Source: an uncultured delta proteobacterium (GTDB lineage: Bacteria; Desulfobacterota; RBG-13-43-22). From it: a stretch of 64,000 bases of DNA. Shown here piece after piece: positions 50,909 to 60,643 of this stretch (within the stretch, counting starts at the first letter, position 1; the number at the start of each line of letters is the position of its first letter). Where the stretch lies: NCBI GenBank assembly GCA_963743305.1, contig CAVUPH010000020.1, forward strand, positions 32,001-96,000, read 5' to 3'. The notes under the pieces were generated by a model that saw only the letters and a program-made list of their open reading frames with translations, was not told the origin of the DNA and did not search any database. The position numbers and the translations under genes are program-made.

Positions 50909-53395
50909 TTATTCCGGTGTTAGACTTTTCGGGTTATTGGTCTTCCGGAAATCGTCATATTTCCAAGTCGGGCTCTGAAGCGGCAGGGTGTCCTTAAAAT
51001 AGTCTCCGGCCGGACGGCGGAAGGGTTCCAGGACCTGGCTGTTCAGTTCCGCCGTTTCTTCAAACAGGGACTTGGGCGTGGAAAATTCAATGATGTTATT
51101 GTCATCCGTATTGAGCGGGCCTTTCTGCGTCAGCACGGCAATTTCCCGGGGACCCATCACGAAACGACCCAGGAGGGTTTTCAATTCCGTAACCTCGATA
51201 CGTTTCAGGTCCTGGGCCACTTTGGGCCATTGCATTCGTTTTTCGATCTCCGCCGGAGAAAAAACGGGAGGGGTTTTGAAACCCACCAGGACCAGATCTT
51301 TGTCCTGAGGCTGGAAAACGTAGACGTGGGGAAAAACGGCGCGAAAGGTCCGCAAAACGGTTTTAAAGCTTTCCGGAGAAATTTTATACAACTGCAGCCA
51401 CTGGCAGAAAACGCCTTCCGGTTTAAGCTTGTCGAAGCCAAGCTGAAAGAATTCACGGGTGAAGACATTGGCGATACCGGCCATCCAGGGGTTGGAAGGT
51501 TCGGAAATGATCACGTCATAAAAATCAGGGGTTACTAAGAGGTAGTTGCGGGCATCAGCCACCCGCAAGACCATCCGCGGGTCTTCCAGGGGCCGGTAGT
51601 TGACGTGGTCGAAGAAATGGGACCCTTCGATAACCGCCTGTTCCAGTTCCACCAGGGTAATTTTTTTCGCGGGGAAGGTAGTCACGGATCCGATCGTCAC
51701 CCCGCTGCCCATGCCGACTACCAGGATTTCATCCAATTTGGGCGCCAGCAGCAGCGGAATGTGGCCCACCAGCACCTGAGTAGGCATGTCCCCCTTGGTC
51801 GAGGCCTCCACTTTGCCGTTGGACTTCATGTAAATGGTTCCGGTGTACTTGGACTTATGGACGCTGATGGTGCAGGTTTGCCCTTCTTTATAATATAAGA
51901 GGGGTTCGTTTTGGGGGGAATACATGGCCACGAGGTCGGACCGGGAGGTGTTTTCAAAATTATGGGCATAGATATAGACGCCGCTGGCCATCAGGGGCGC
52001 TTTCCATTCGGGTGGAAAGGCCATGATGGCGGCCGCGAAAAGAATGGTCAGCGAATAAGCTGCTCTTTTCAAATAGGGGCGCGGGGCCGGGGAGATCAAG
52101 AGGACGTATAGGCCGTAGAGCAGATTCAGACCGATGCCCAACAGGATGGTGTTGCGGATACCGATCAGCGGGATCAGGAAGAAGCCGCCGGCAAAGGACC
52201 CCAAAATGCAGCCGAGGGTATTGATAGTATAAATATTGCCCACTAGACGGCCCACCTGGTTGAGATGAGACATGCAGATCTTGATGGTCAGGGGGAAGAG
52301 GGCGCCCATTAAAAGGGTAGGGGCCAACATGATAAAAAAAGCCAGCAGGTACTTCCCGAGCAAAAGCAAATTGATGGACTGCCCGATGGTCTGGTAAAGC
52401 AATAAGTAGAGGTAGGGGAGCTCCTGAAAAAAAATCAGGCTCAGGAAGGCCAGGACCCCGATTCCGATTTGCATCAGGGCCCAGGTAAATCCCTGGTAAC
52501 GAAAGGTATCCACCCACCGGGAAAAAATCAGAGACCCGAAGGCGATGCCGACCAGGAAAGTGGTCAGCATGATGGTAAAACCGTAAACCGAAGAATCCAC
52601 CAGCAGAGACAGGGTCCGGCTCCAGGCCACTTCGTAGATCATGGAGATAAATCCGGATAGGGAGATCCCGATGACGATGGACCAGACCACCTTTTTGGGC
52701 AGTAGGCCCGAAGTGGCTTCCAGAAATTTCCCGGCGGGTTTTGGCCCCGGAGATTCCGCCACCATCGGGCGCTCAGGAAACCGGGGCAACAAGGCGAGGA
52801 TCAGCAGGGCGACCAGCAGGTTGATGCCTACGGCGATCCACAAGGTGTGTTGGACCCCCAGAGCGGGCAACAGGAAAAAACCGCTGAGGGCGGTGCCTAA
52901 CACGGCCCCGAAGGTGTTCAAGGCGTAAAGACGGCCGATGGTCACCCCCAGGGTGGTTTCTTCCCGGACGGCCCAGGTGCTCAGGATGGGCAAGGTGGCG
53001 CCCATGCAGGTGGTGGGAATGATCAGGACCACGGTAATCAGCAGGAATTGCAGGAGGGTGAAGCTGTAGAAATTCAAATTAAATTGCTGCCAGAGAAATT
53101 GGTATACCGGAATCAGTCTGCCGAAGATCCAGGGGATGATCAGGGCGTAAAGACCGATAACCCCTTCCAGTATCCCGTAATAAAGGAGGGGGCGTTTTTG
53201 ACGATCCATCATCCGGCCGAAAAAGTAGCTGCCCAGGGCCAGGCCGCCCATAAAGGCCGTCAAGACCGTGCTGATGGCCAGGGTAGTGGAGCCGAAGATG
53301 AGGATCAGCAGGCGCAGCCATAAGACTTCATACAGCAACCCGCTGAAACCGGAGAAAAAAAAGCACAATAGGACGATGGGACGGATCAAAGTCAT
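50909..53395 (-). CDS. Fused MFS-like membrane domain / spermidine synthase-like protein
   Basis: SGFSGLLYEVLWLR, AFMGGLALGS, MGATLP, LYALNTFGA (duplicated); VVGMGSG.T, VELE, DARNY, YDVIISEPSNPW; AAAGGAG RBS. Confidence 0.9.
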   Translation of the reverse strand: MTLIRPIVLLCFFFSGFSGLLYEVLWLRLLILIFGSTTLAISTVLTAFMGGLALGSYFFGRMMDRQKRPLLYYGILEGVIGLYALIIPWIFGRLIPVYQFLWQQFNLNFYSFTLLQFLLITVVLIIPTTCMGATLPILSTWAVREETTLGVTIGRLYALNTFGAVLGTALSGFFLLPALGVQHTLWIAVGINLLVALLILALLPRFPERPMVAESPGPKPAGKFLEATSGLLPKKVVWSIVIGISLSGFISMIYEVAWSRTLSLLVDSSVYGFTIMLTTFLVGIAFGSLIFSRWVDTFRYQGFTWALMQIGIGVLAFLSLIFFQELPYLYLLLYQTIGQSINLLLLGKYLLAFFIMLAPTLLMGALFPLTIKICMSHLNQVGRLVGNIYTINTLGCILGSFAGGFFLIPLIGIRNTILLGIGLNLLYGLYVLLISPAPRPYLKRAAYSLTILFAAAIMAFPPEWKAPLMASGVYIYAHNFENTSRSDLVAMYSPQNEPLLYYKEGQTCTISVHKSKYTGTIYMKSNGKVEASTKGDMPTQVLVGHIPLLLAPKLDEILVVGMGSGVTIGSVTTFPAKKITLVELEQAVIEGSHFFDHVNYRPLEDPRMVLRVADARNYLLVTPDFYDVIISEPSNPWMAGIANVFTREFFQLGFDKLKPEGVFCQWLQLYKISPESFKTVLRTFRAVFPHVYVFQPQDKDLVLVGFKTPPVFSPAEIEKRMQWPKVAQDLKRIEVTELKTLLGRFVMGPREIAVLTQKGPLNTDDNNIIEFSTPKSLFEETAELNSQVLEPFRRPAGDYFKDTLPLQSPTWKYDDFRKTNNPKSLTPE

Positions 53396-53431
53396 TCTCC
53401 TTTGGTTGTTTCGGAAAAAGTCACCCCGGCT

Positions 53432-53512
53432 GTCATTGCGAGCGAAGCGAAGCAATCCCCGCCATGGGAACTAGCCGATTATTGGGGATTGCTTCGCTTC
53501 GCTCGCAATGAC
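53432..53512. repeat. REP/RPE-like palindrome, second copy
   Basis: Same arms as 49548-49642. Confidence 0.9.
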
Positions 53513-53588
53513 GGTACCGACGATTTTGGTATTTAATCCTAACAGATGAAGATTGCAAGAAGAAACTGCCTTGGGTTACAATAGCCCC

Positions 53589-54017
53589 ATGACTTTCAGC
53601 CGGAAGCCCTATCGCTTAATCAGCCATACCGGGGACCTGGGGATGACCGTTCAAGGTAAAGACCGGACTGATCTTTTCGAGCAGTCGGCCTGGGCTTTCT
53701 TTGACCTCCTGGTGGACGTCCGGAAGGTTGAACCGAAAAAACCGCTGGAGGTCTCGGTCGAGGCGCCGGATCGCGAGGCCCTGCTGGTGGCCTGGCTGGG
53801 AGAACTATTGTATTTATTCGACGCCCGCCGTCTGGTTTTCAGCCGTTTTGAAATCGAAGAGCTGACCGATCGGTCGCTGAAGGCCCGGGCTTGGGGGGAG
53901 GATTTCGATCCGGAACGGCATGGGTTCAAACACGGGGTGAAGGCCGTAACTTATCACCAACTGCAGATTCGGGAAACCCCGAAAGGCTGGCGGGCCAGGG
54001 TGATTTTGGATATATAG
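53589..54017 (+). CDS. Archease
   Basis: ISHTGDLG, LLVAWLGELLY, VKAVTYHQL, ARVILDI C-terminus; upstream of rtcB. Confidence 0.95.
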   Translation: MTFSRKPYRLISHTGDLGMTVQGKDRTDLFEQSAWAFFDLLVDVRKVEPKKPLEVSVEAPDREALLVAWLGELLYLFDARRLVFSRFEIEELTDRSLKARAWGEDFDPERHGFKHGVKAVTYHQLQIRETPKGWRARVILDI

Positions 54018-54170
54018 GTGAAATGTAAAAATAAAAACGAATATCGAATATCGAACACCGAATATCGAATGACGAAGTGGTTTTTCGTAGAGGTTAAACC
54101 AGGGCAAACATTTTCCGGATATCCATTCTAGGTAGTCCGGATAGCGGGTACCTGAAAAAGGGGGAGAGTT

Positions 54171-55619
54171 ATGGCTGATAAAATCAAGATGGAACAAATC
54201 GATCCTTATCGATTTCGAATCCCCCGGGAGGGGAAGATGCGGACCGACGGCCTGGTTTTTACTTCTTCGGAATTGTTGCCGGATATCCGGCAGGACCAGA
54301 GTCTGAACCAAGTGGCCAATGTGGCCTGGCTGCCGGGGATTGTGGGGAATTCCCTGGCCATGCCGGACATCCACTGGGGGTACGGGTTTCCCATCGGCGG
54401 AGTTGCGGCCTTTGACCCTGCGGAGGGGATCGTTTCCCCCGGCGGGGTGGGCTATGATATCAACTGAGGCGTGCGTCTGCTGCGCTCCGGGTTGAGCCGC
54501 CGGGACATTCAAGGAAAAATGAAGGAAATCGTGGACGCCCTGTTCCGCAACATCCCTTCCGGGGTGGGGTCCCACCGCAAGGATTTTAAACTTACTCCGA
54601 AAGACCAGGAAAAGGTCCTTCAGCAGGGGGCTCCATGGGCCGTTCGGCAGGGCTACGGATCGGTCAAGGACCTGGAACATATTGAAGAGGCCGGGTGCAT
54701 CGAAGGGGCCCGGCCGGACCTTGTTTCCAACAGGGCGTTGGAAAGGGGGAAGGACCAGTTAGGGACCCTGGGATCGGGGAATCATTTTGTGGAAGTGGGC
54801 TACGTGGAAACGATTTATGAACCGGCGGCGGCCCGGGCTCTGGGGCTTTTTGAAGAACAGGTGACGGTGATGGTCCATACCGGCTCCCGGGGGTTGGGCC
54901 ATCAAGTCTGCGACGATTCCATCAAACAGCTTATCCGGGCCACGGCCAAGTATGCCATCGAGCTCCCGGACCGGCAATTATGCTGCGCCCCTATCAACTC
55001 CCCGGAAGGGCAGGACTATCTGGGGGCCATGGCGGCGGCCGCCAATTTCGCCTTTGCCAACCGGCAGATCATTACCCACTGGGTCCAGGAAACCCTGGAG
55101 CGGGTTTTGCGATGCGGGCCCAATGATCTTCGATTGGAATTGGTTTATGACCTGTGCCATAACATTGCCAAGTTTGAAGATCACTTGGTTGAAGGGAAAA
55201 TGAGACGGCTGTGCGTCCACCGCAAGGGAGCTACCCGGGCCTTTCCACCCCGGCATCCCCAGATCCCTCCCGATTTTTTTGAACTGGGACAGCCGGTGAT
55301 CATCCCCGGGGATATGGGTCGTTACTCCTATGTGCTGTTGGGGACCGAGCAGGCCTATACCGAGACCTTCGGCAGTACCTGCCACGGCGCCGGACGGGTC
55401 ATGAGCCGCCAGGCCGCCAAAAAGGCCGCCCGGGGCCGTGCGGTACTTCGGGAGTTGGAGGACCGGGGGATCATTGTCCGGGGAGCCGGCCTGGGGACCG
55501 TGGTGGAAGAGATCTCCGAGGCCTACAAGGACGTGGCCCAGGTGGTGGAGGTGGTCCATGGCGCCGGGATTTCTAAAAAGGTGGCGCGGTTAAGGCCCAT
55601 GGGGGTGGTGAAGGGCTAA
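54171..55619 (+). CDS. rtcB: RtcB RNA 2',3'-cyclic phosphate/5'-OH ligase, probable selenoprotein (in-frame TGA at 54465-54467)
   Basis: [80 protein letters not shown]; read-through gives a full-length 482-aa protein. Confidence 0.92.
54475..54506 (+). promoter_or_regulatory. Candidate bacterial SECIS hairpin in rtcB
   Basis: GCTC-CGGGTT-GAGC apical stem-loop extended by GTCTG..GC / GC..CGGGAC pairing; loop begins ~21 nt after UGA with G at loop position 2 (folded by eye). Confidence 0.6.
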
Positions 55620-55951
55620 GCAATAACGTTTTGTTCGCAAATTTCGTCGAGCCGGGCGTTAATGCTCTTGCGTTCTCTCTTGGCCGCCAGGGCGATGGCC
55701 CAATGCAGCTCGGAAGGAACCCGCACCATGAACCGACCGGAGAAAGGCTTTTCCGGCTCTCGCCCGATCCTCCTGCAGGTTTTTAGGTATTCGTCAACGG
55801 CGGTCCGAAAATCTTCTTCTAAATCCCCAACCGAGGCCCCCTCAAAAGTAATCATATCCGTGATTCCCATGAGCCGACCATGAAAAATACGGTCATCGGA
55901 ATCAAATATCACCGTTCCAGTGTATCCCTTGTATTTCAAGGTATTTTTCAT
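55616..55951 (-). CDS. hicB: HicB family antitoxin (no adjacent hicA)
   Basis: YKGYTG, FHGR..GI.D.ITFEG, VDEYL..C, PEKPFSGRF.VR.P.ELH. Confidence 0.88.
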   Translation of the reverse strand: MKNTLKYKGYTGTVIFDSDDRIFHGRLMGITDMITFEGASVGDLEEDFRTAVDEYLKTCRRIGREPEKPFSGRFMVRVPSELHWAIALAAKRERKSINARLDEICEQNVIA

Positions 55952-56023
55952 TTTATCACCTCCGCTATGATACTAAAAATGATATCCTTGGGCAAGGAAA
56001 TCTGACCACTCAAAACGACCTGG

Positions 56024-56130
56024 CCCAGGCTGCGGAGCGCCCCATCATTAATTTTTTTAGGCCTGCGGGTCCCCGGCCCATCAAACGGATTGAGCAGACG
56101 CACCAAGCCGCGTTCCTCATCCTGGGGGTT
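56024..56130. repeat. ~105-bp structured direct repeat, copy 1 (left of vapBC)
   Basis: CCCAGGCTGCG...TAGGCCTGCGGGTCCCCGGCYCATCAAACGGAWTGAGCAGACGC...CCTCATCCTGGGGGTT; copy 2 at 56871-56975. Confidence 0.8.
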
Positions 56131-56209
56131 ATCCCCTAAAAAATAAACCTTTCAATTAGTCCACCTAATGTGTATGATCTAGCCTATTTATACACATAGG
56201 AGGGAAGAA

Positions 56210-56404
56210 ATGAGAACGAATGTAGTCGTAGATGACGATCTGATGGAGTCGGCTCTCAAGGTATCCGGCCTCAAAACAAAAAAGGATGCCATAGAAGAGG
56301 GATTGAAACTGTTGGTGCAAGTTAAACGCCAGAAGGAAATTAAGCGTTTTCGAGGAAAACTCAAATGGTCTGGCAATCTCGACGAGATGAGGTTAGACAA
56401 ATGA
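56210..56404 (+). CDS. vapB: VapB family antitoxin
   Basis: MRTNVVVDDDLM..A...SGLKTKK.AIEEGL...W.GNLDEMR. Confidence 0.9.
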   Translation: MRTNVVVDDDLMESALKVSGLKTKKDAIEEGLKLLVQVKRQKEIKRFRGKLKWSGNLDEMRLDK

Positions 56405-56796
56405 TTCTCGTTGATTCGTCCGTCTGGATCGACTACTTTAACGGCAATAAAACATCTCAAACGGACTGGCTGGACTCTTCACTTGGAAATATACCCATCA
56501 TCATAAATGATCTTATTCTAACCGAAGTCCTTCAGGGATTTCAGAATGATAAAGACTTCAAGACAGCCAGGGACATTCTCTTAGGAATCCCATTTATGTC
56601 AATGGGAGGACAGGTATTAGCCATAGAGAGCGCTATGAACTATAGATTCCTGAGGAAGAAAGGTGTGACCGTGAGGAAGACGATAGACGTCATTATTGGA
56701 ACTTTCTGTATCCACCACCGGCTGACATTGTTGCATGACGACAGGGATTTTGATCCGATAGTTAAGTTCCTAGGTTTGGAGATAGTCGACACATAA
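56401..56796 (+). CDS. vapC: VapC family PIN-domain toxin
   Basis: ILVDSSVWIDYF, EVLQG, TIDVIIG, LLHDDRDFD; ATGA overlap with vapB. Confidence 0.92.
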   Translation: MILVDSSVWIDYFNGNKTSQTDWLDSSLGNIPIIINDLILTEVLQGFQNDKDFKTARDILLGIPFMSMGGQVLAIESAMNYRFLRKKGVTVRKTIDVIIGTFCIHHRLTLLHDDRDFDPIVKFLGLEIVDT

Positions 56797-56849
56797 CGAA
56801 TCAATTCACCGGACGCTCGTTCCTCGCGCCGGTGATTACATTGATGGGC
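56791..56849 (+). mobile_element. Integron attC-like site (59 bp) with degenerate R' box
   Basis: ACATAAC-5nt-AATTCACC-GGACGC..GCGCC-GGTGATT-5nt-GATGGGC; two extrahelical bases; the vapC stop codon lies in the R'' box. Confidence 0.72.
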
Positions 56850-56870
56850 CGCCTGGCTGCGGCCCATCCT

Positions 56871-56975
56871 CCCAGGCTGCGTCTCGCCATATAATCAAGT
56901 ATGGTAGGCCTGCGGGTCCCCGGCTCATCAAACGGAATGAGCAGACGCGATGGCGTGCTCCTCATCCTGGGGGTT
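56871..56975. repeat. ~105-bp structured direct repeat, copy 2 (right of vapBC)
   Basis: Homologous to 56024-56130. Confidence 0.8.
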
Positions 56976-57034
56976 CCGTAGACATCGAAACACCATTCAG
57001 AAAGCCGCCGTCCAATAATGTTGCCGGCGGCTTC

Positions 57035-58258
57035 TTACTTACTGCGTGATAGCTTTTCTGTGATTACTTCCCAAACCTCCTCCACGGAGATGGCCTGGAG
57101 GCATTTGTTGTCCAAACAGGGGGTATTGCGGTGGTTGAAGGCGGTTAGGCAAGGGGAGCAGGGGAATTTCGAATAAAAAACATGGGTGTTTTCGCCAAAG
57201 GGTCCGTAAAGATAAGGGGACTCGGGACCAAGGAAAACAAAATTATTGATTCCGATCAACGACGCGAAGTGGGCCGGGCCGCTGTCGTTGGTGACCAAGG
57301 CCTGGGAAACGCTGAATAAGTCCATCAACTCCTCGAACGTCGTCTCGCCGGTCAGATCCAGGCAGCGTTGATCAGACAACGTTTCCGCCAGCCGGCCGGT
57401 GGTTTCCCGGTCCGCGCCGGCCCCCATCAGGACTAAGATCCGGTTGGGATCCCGGAGGAGCAATCGGGCCAGCTCCACATAATTTTCCAGGGGCCAGGCT
57501 CGGATGGGGATTTCCCCGGCGCTGGGATTTAAAAGGACTATTTGGCTGGACTCGCCGAATTCCGGGAACCGATTTCGGATCTTTTCCCGGATACGGGTTG
57601 TTCCCGATTCCGAGGCCCGATACGAGGCCGTTTCCAGACGGTTGTCCGGAATGGCCGCGTCCATGGTCGGCCAGTCCTTGGTCGGGTAGCGGAGCACGTC
57701 TAAGAAGGAGAGAAAGGATTTGCTGATATGCTGCTGAAAGTTGTACTGGATTTTATGGGTGTGCAGATTTCCCCGGTATAATCCCTCCATCCGGAATTTG
57801 TGAAAGCCCACCCGGACCGGGGCGCCGCTTAGATAGGTCAGGATGGCGGTCACCCGGGTGAACAGTTCCAGGTCGAAGACCACCTCGATCCCTTCCCGAC
57901 GAATCCGCACCACCGTTTTAATTACATCGGCCAGGAAAGATCCCAGGGATTTTTCGCGGATCGTCAACACGTTTTCCCGGGGGATCTGATTCAGGATGTC
58001 CACGCTGGCCCGGTTCTTGGCAAAGATCAGGAAAAAGAGTTCGGCCCCGGGATATTCCCGCTGAATGGCTTTCATGGTCGGATAGGCCAGAATGGCGCTG
58101 CCCATCTCGGACAGTTCGATAAACAGGAATTTTTTCAAAAGTGGCCGTTTACCCGGTCTTGGAAAAAAAAACCTCTTCACCCGATCCCAAAGACTCAATA
58201 AAAAACAGGCCGGGATGCCAACCCAGTAATCAACTTTTCTGACCGTTTCGATTTTCAT
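57035..58258 (-). CDS. Glycosyltransferase family 9 (heptosyltransferase-like)
   Basis: SEMGSAILA.P, LLNPSA, WPLENY, DLTGET, LVTNDSGPAHFA, CSPC. Confidence 0.9.
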   Translation of the reverse strand: MKIETVRKVDYWVGIPACFLLSLWDRVKRFFFPRPGKRPLLKKFLFIELSEMGSAILAYPTMKAIQREYPGAELFFLIFAKNRASVDILNQIPRENVLTIREKSLGSFLADVIKTVVRIRREGIEVVFDLELFTRVTAILTYLSGAPVRVGFHKFRMEGLYRGNLHTHKIQYNFQQHISKSFLSFLDVLRYPTKDWPTMDAAIPDNRLETASYRASESGTTRIREKIRNRFPEFGESSQIVLLNPSAGEIPIRAWPLENYVELARLLLRDPNRILVLMGAGADRETTGRLAETLSDQRCLDLTGETTFEELMDLFSVSQALVTNDSGPAHFASLIGINNFVFLGPESPYLYGPFGENTHVFYSKFPCSPCLTAFNHRNTPCLDNKCLQAISVEEVWEVITEKLSRSK

Positions 58259-58349
58259 AGTTTATATCATTGGTTAGAAAGAGTCCAAATTTTGAGGAGA
58301 AATGTAGCGCAATTCCTGATACGCTGCAATCTAAAAGAGATTCAGACGC

Positions 58350-58646
58350 TTCGCCCTTTTGGGTGGGTACCCCCTGATCTGGTCTGGCCGCCGGGTCTCG
58401 GCGAAAAGGTTTTCCAAAGCTACTCCGGACTTCGAATCCGGGCCTAAGTGGTTAATTTTATTTAAAGCAGGCCCAAACTCCGTGTTTCTTTATGCCTCCC
58501 AGGCTGGCCCTGCCTCCTGGAAGATTTGAAAACAGGGGGGCCGGGTTAGAACCTAAAAAACAATGTGGAAAACCCTTTCGCCGAGACCCGGCGGCCACGG
58601 AGGCCCGAATTCAGTCATATCTACCACACCCACCCAATAGGGCGAA
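58350..58646. repeat. ~300-bp structured element (MITE-like or ncRNA), copy 2
   Basis: 32-bp IR 58385-58416/58566-58597 with one mismatch; homologous to 29534-29836. Confidence 0.85.
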
Positions 58647-58690
58647 CAACCGAGATTTATTTATTCTCTGGCAAGAGAGAGGGGTCTTTT

Positions 58691-59620
58691 ATGAATCCTG
58701 TCGGCGCCCACATGTCTATTGCGGGGGGCCTGCATCGGGTCTTTGAACGGCTAGAGGCCGTGGGTGGGGAATGTCTCCAGCTTTTCGTCAAGCCCAATGT
58801 CCAGTGGGCTGCGGGGGATCTGTCGTCGGAGGAAGTGGAGTGGTTTGTCCGGGAGCAGGTCCGGACGGGGATCGCTCCGGTAGTGGCGCATGCCTCCTAC
58901 CTGTTGAACCTGGCCTCACCCGATCCGGGTCTGCGCCGGAAATCCGGACTCACCCTGGCCCTGGAACTGGTGCGCTCGGCCCGGCTGGGGATTCCTTTTC
59001 TGGTTCTTCATCCCGGGAGCCACCAGGGGGCGGGGGAGAAGGTCGGCCTGCGGCGGATTGCCCGGGGGATCGACAGGGCCCTGGCCCGGGCGGAGGTGCC
59101 GGACATCCAGGTCCTGCTGGAAACCACTGCCGGCGCCGGGACTCAATTGGGGTGCCGTCTGGAGCAGTTGAGGGACATCATCGGCTTGAGCCGGAATGAA
59201 GCGCGTTTGGGGGTTTGTCTGGATACTTGCCATGTCTATGCTGCCGGGTACGATCTCTCCCGGACGGAGACCTGCGAGGATTTTTTTGTGTCCTTTGACC
59301 GGCTGATCTCGCTGAAACGGCTGAAGGTGGTCCATGCCAACGATTCCAAAACCTCTTTGGGGGCCAAGGGGGATCGCCATGAACAGATCGGGCTGGGGGG
59401 ACTGGGGATCCCAACTTTTGAAAGGCTCCTGCGGGATCCCCGCTTATCGGGCCGGCCGTTTATTTTAGAAACCCCGAAAGGAAAACAAGGGGACCGCTCC
59501 TGGGATGAAATCAATATTCAAACGCTAAAAAGACTGCGGAGGCCCACAGCCGGGGGCGGCTGTGCCACAAGTAGGGGCGCCCGGTCGGTCGCCCGGTCAC
59601 CGCGAGCGATAACCGAATAA
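58691..59620 (+). CDS. nfo: Endonuclease IV
   Basis: GAHMSIAGG, HASYLLNLAS, HPGSH, LETTAG.G, CLDTCH, HANDSK, DRHEQIG, ILETPK. Confidence 0.95.
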   Translation: MNPVGAHMSIAGGLHRVFERLEAVGGECLQLFVKPNVQWAAGDLSSEEVEWFVREQVRTGIAPVVAHASYLLNLASPDPGLRRKSGLTLALELVRSARLGIPFLVLHPGSHQGAGEKVGLRRIARGIDRALARAEVPDIQVLLETTAGAGTQLGCRLEQLRDIIGLSRNEARLGVCLDTCHVYAAGYDLSRTETCEDFFVSFDRLISLKRLKVVHANDSKTSLGAKGDRHEQIGLGGLGIPTFERLLRDPRLSGRPFILETPKGKQGDRSWDEINIQTLKRLRRPTAGGGCATSRGARSVARSPRAITE

Positions 59621-59671
59621 AACTGTTGCAGCGGCTTTTATTTCAGCCGGAAATAGTTCAACTATTTCCGG

Positions 59672-60643
59672 CTAAAGATACCCGGCGGCAGCATATTGTT
59701 TGATCTTTTGCGGGATCACCGTTTCCCAGTAGTGATCGAAATTAAACCCCGAATAATCATGGCAAGGGGCGGGACCGGTATCCACCAACAGGCACTGGCA
59801 GTCATTTCCCTTTAGTAAGACAAAAATATTATTGGGACTGACCGAGGTTTTCACTTCCGGGTTTTTGTCGAAAAGGTCAATCAGCCGGTCAATGAAGGAC
59901 TGCACGCTTTCCCGTACCAATCGATAGGCCGAATTGCCTGGTCCACCCAGGGAATAATAGGTTTTGGCCAGGGACTCTCCGGCCAGACGCTCTTTGATCA
60001 TGAAGCTGCCGTAGGGATCGCTCAACAGGATGCGCGGTACGGGAACGCCCTGCCTTTCGAAAAAGTCCGTTACCTCGTATTCCTCTTTCAGATGATTCCG
60101 GCTATAGGGACGGGGTTTGGCAAGTTTTAAGACCGCTTGCGGGGCTTCCTGATAGTCGTAGACGATCCCGTTTTCCCCTTCCCCGATCCTGGGCAGCTTG
60201 ACGGTATAATGATTGCCGGCCAGGTTGATGGGGATGGATCCGGAGGGAAAGCCGCCCAGCCCCTGAATGACGTGGCTGGATTCGTTATCCAGATAAAGGA
60301 CCCGTAGATCTTCCGCCAGGTTGGCCACGTAATCCCGGGAACCGAACCCGATAAAAGTCTCCGACCGGTCCTCCCTCAAGAACATACCGTAATAACCGGC
60401 GGTCTGAAGGGCCAGGATCAAATCGCTGATTCGGGCATATTGGGGAGCGAAAAGGATTTCGAACAAGCCCACTTCCCTCCCGGAAAGAGAGCGAAAGCCG
60501 CAAACCCGGCACTCATCCACCTGGACATTGGGGATACGGACAATGGACCCTTCGATGGTGATGTCCTGAGGGGTTTGAACCGTTATTAAAAAACCTTCTT
60601 CACAACGGGGACATATTTCCGTTTGGGGTTTCGGTTCATCCAT
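59672..60643 (-). CDS. YgiT/MqsA-type Zn-ribbon fused to a minimal protein-kinase-like domain lacking the catalytic Asp
   Basis: CPRC-x30-CRVC; IGEGENGIVY, VLKLAK, KERLAGE, KTSVSPNNI, LVDTG. Confidence 0.72.
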   Translation of the reverse strand: MDEPKPQTEICPRCEEGFLITVQTPQDITIEGSIVRIPNVQVDECRVCGFRSLSGREVGLFEILFAPQYARISDLILALQTAGYYGMFLREDRSETFIGFGSRDYVANLAEDLRVLYLDNESSHVIQGLGGFPSGSIPINLAGNHYTVKLPRIGEGENGIVYDYQEAPQAVLKLAKPRPYSRNHLKEEYEVTDFFERQGVPVPRILLSDPYGSFMIKERLAGESLAKTYYSLGGPGNSAYRLVRESVQSFIDRLIDLFDKNPEVKTSVSPNNIFVLLKGNDCQCLLVDTGPAPCHDYSGFNFDHYWETVIPQKIKQYAAAGYL

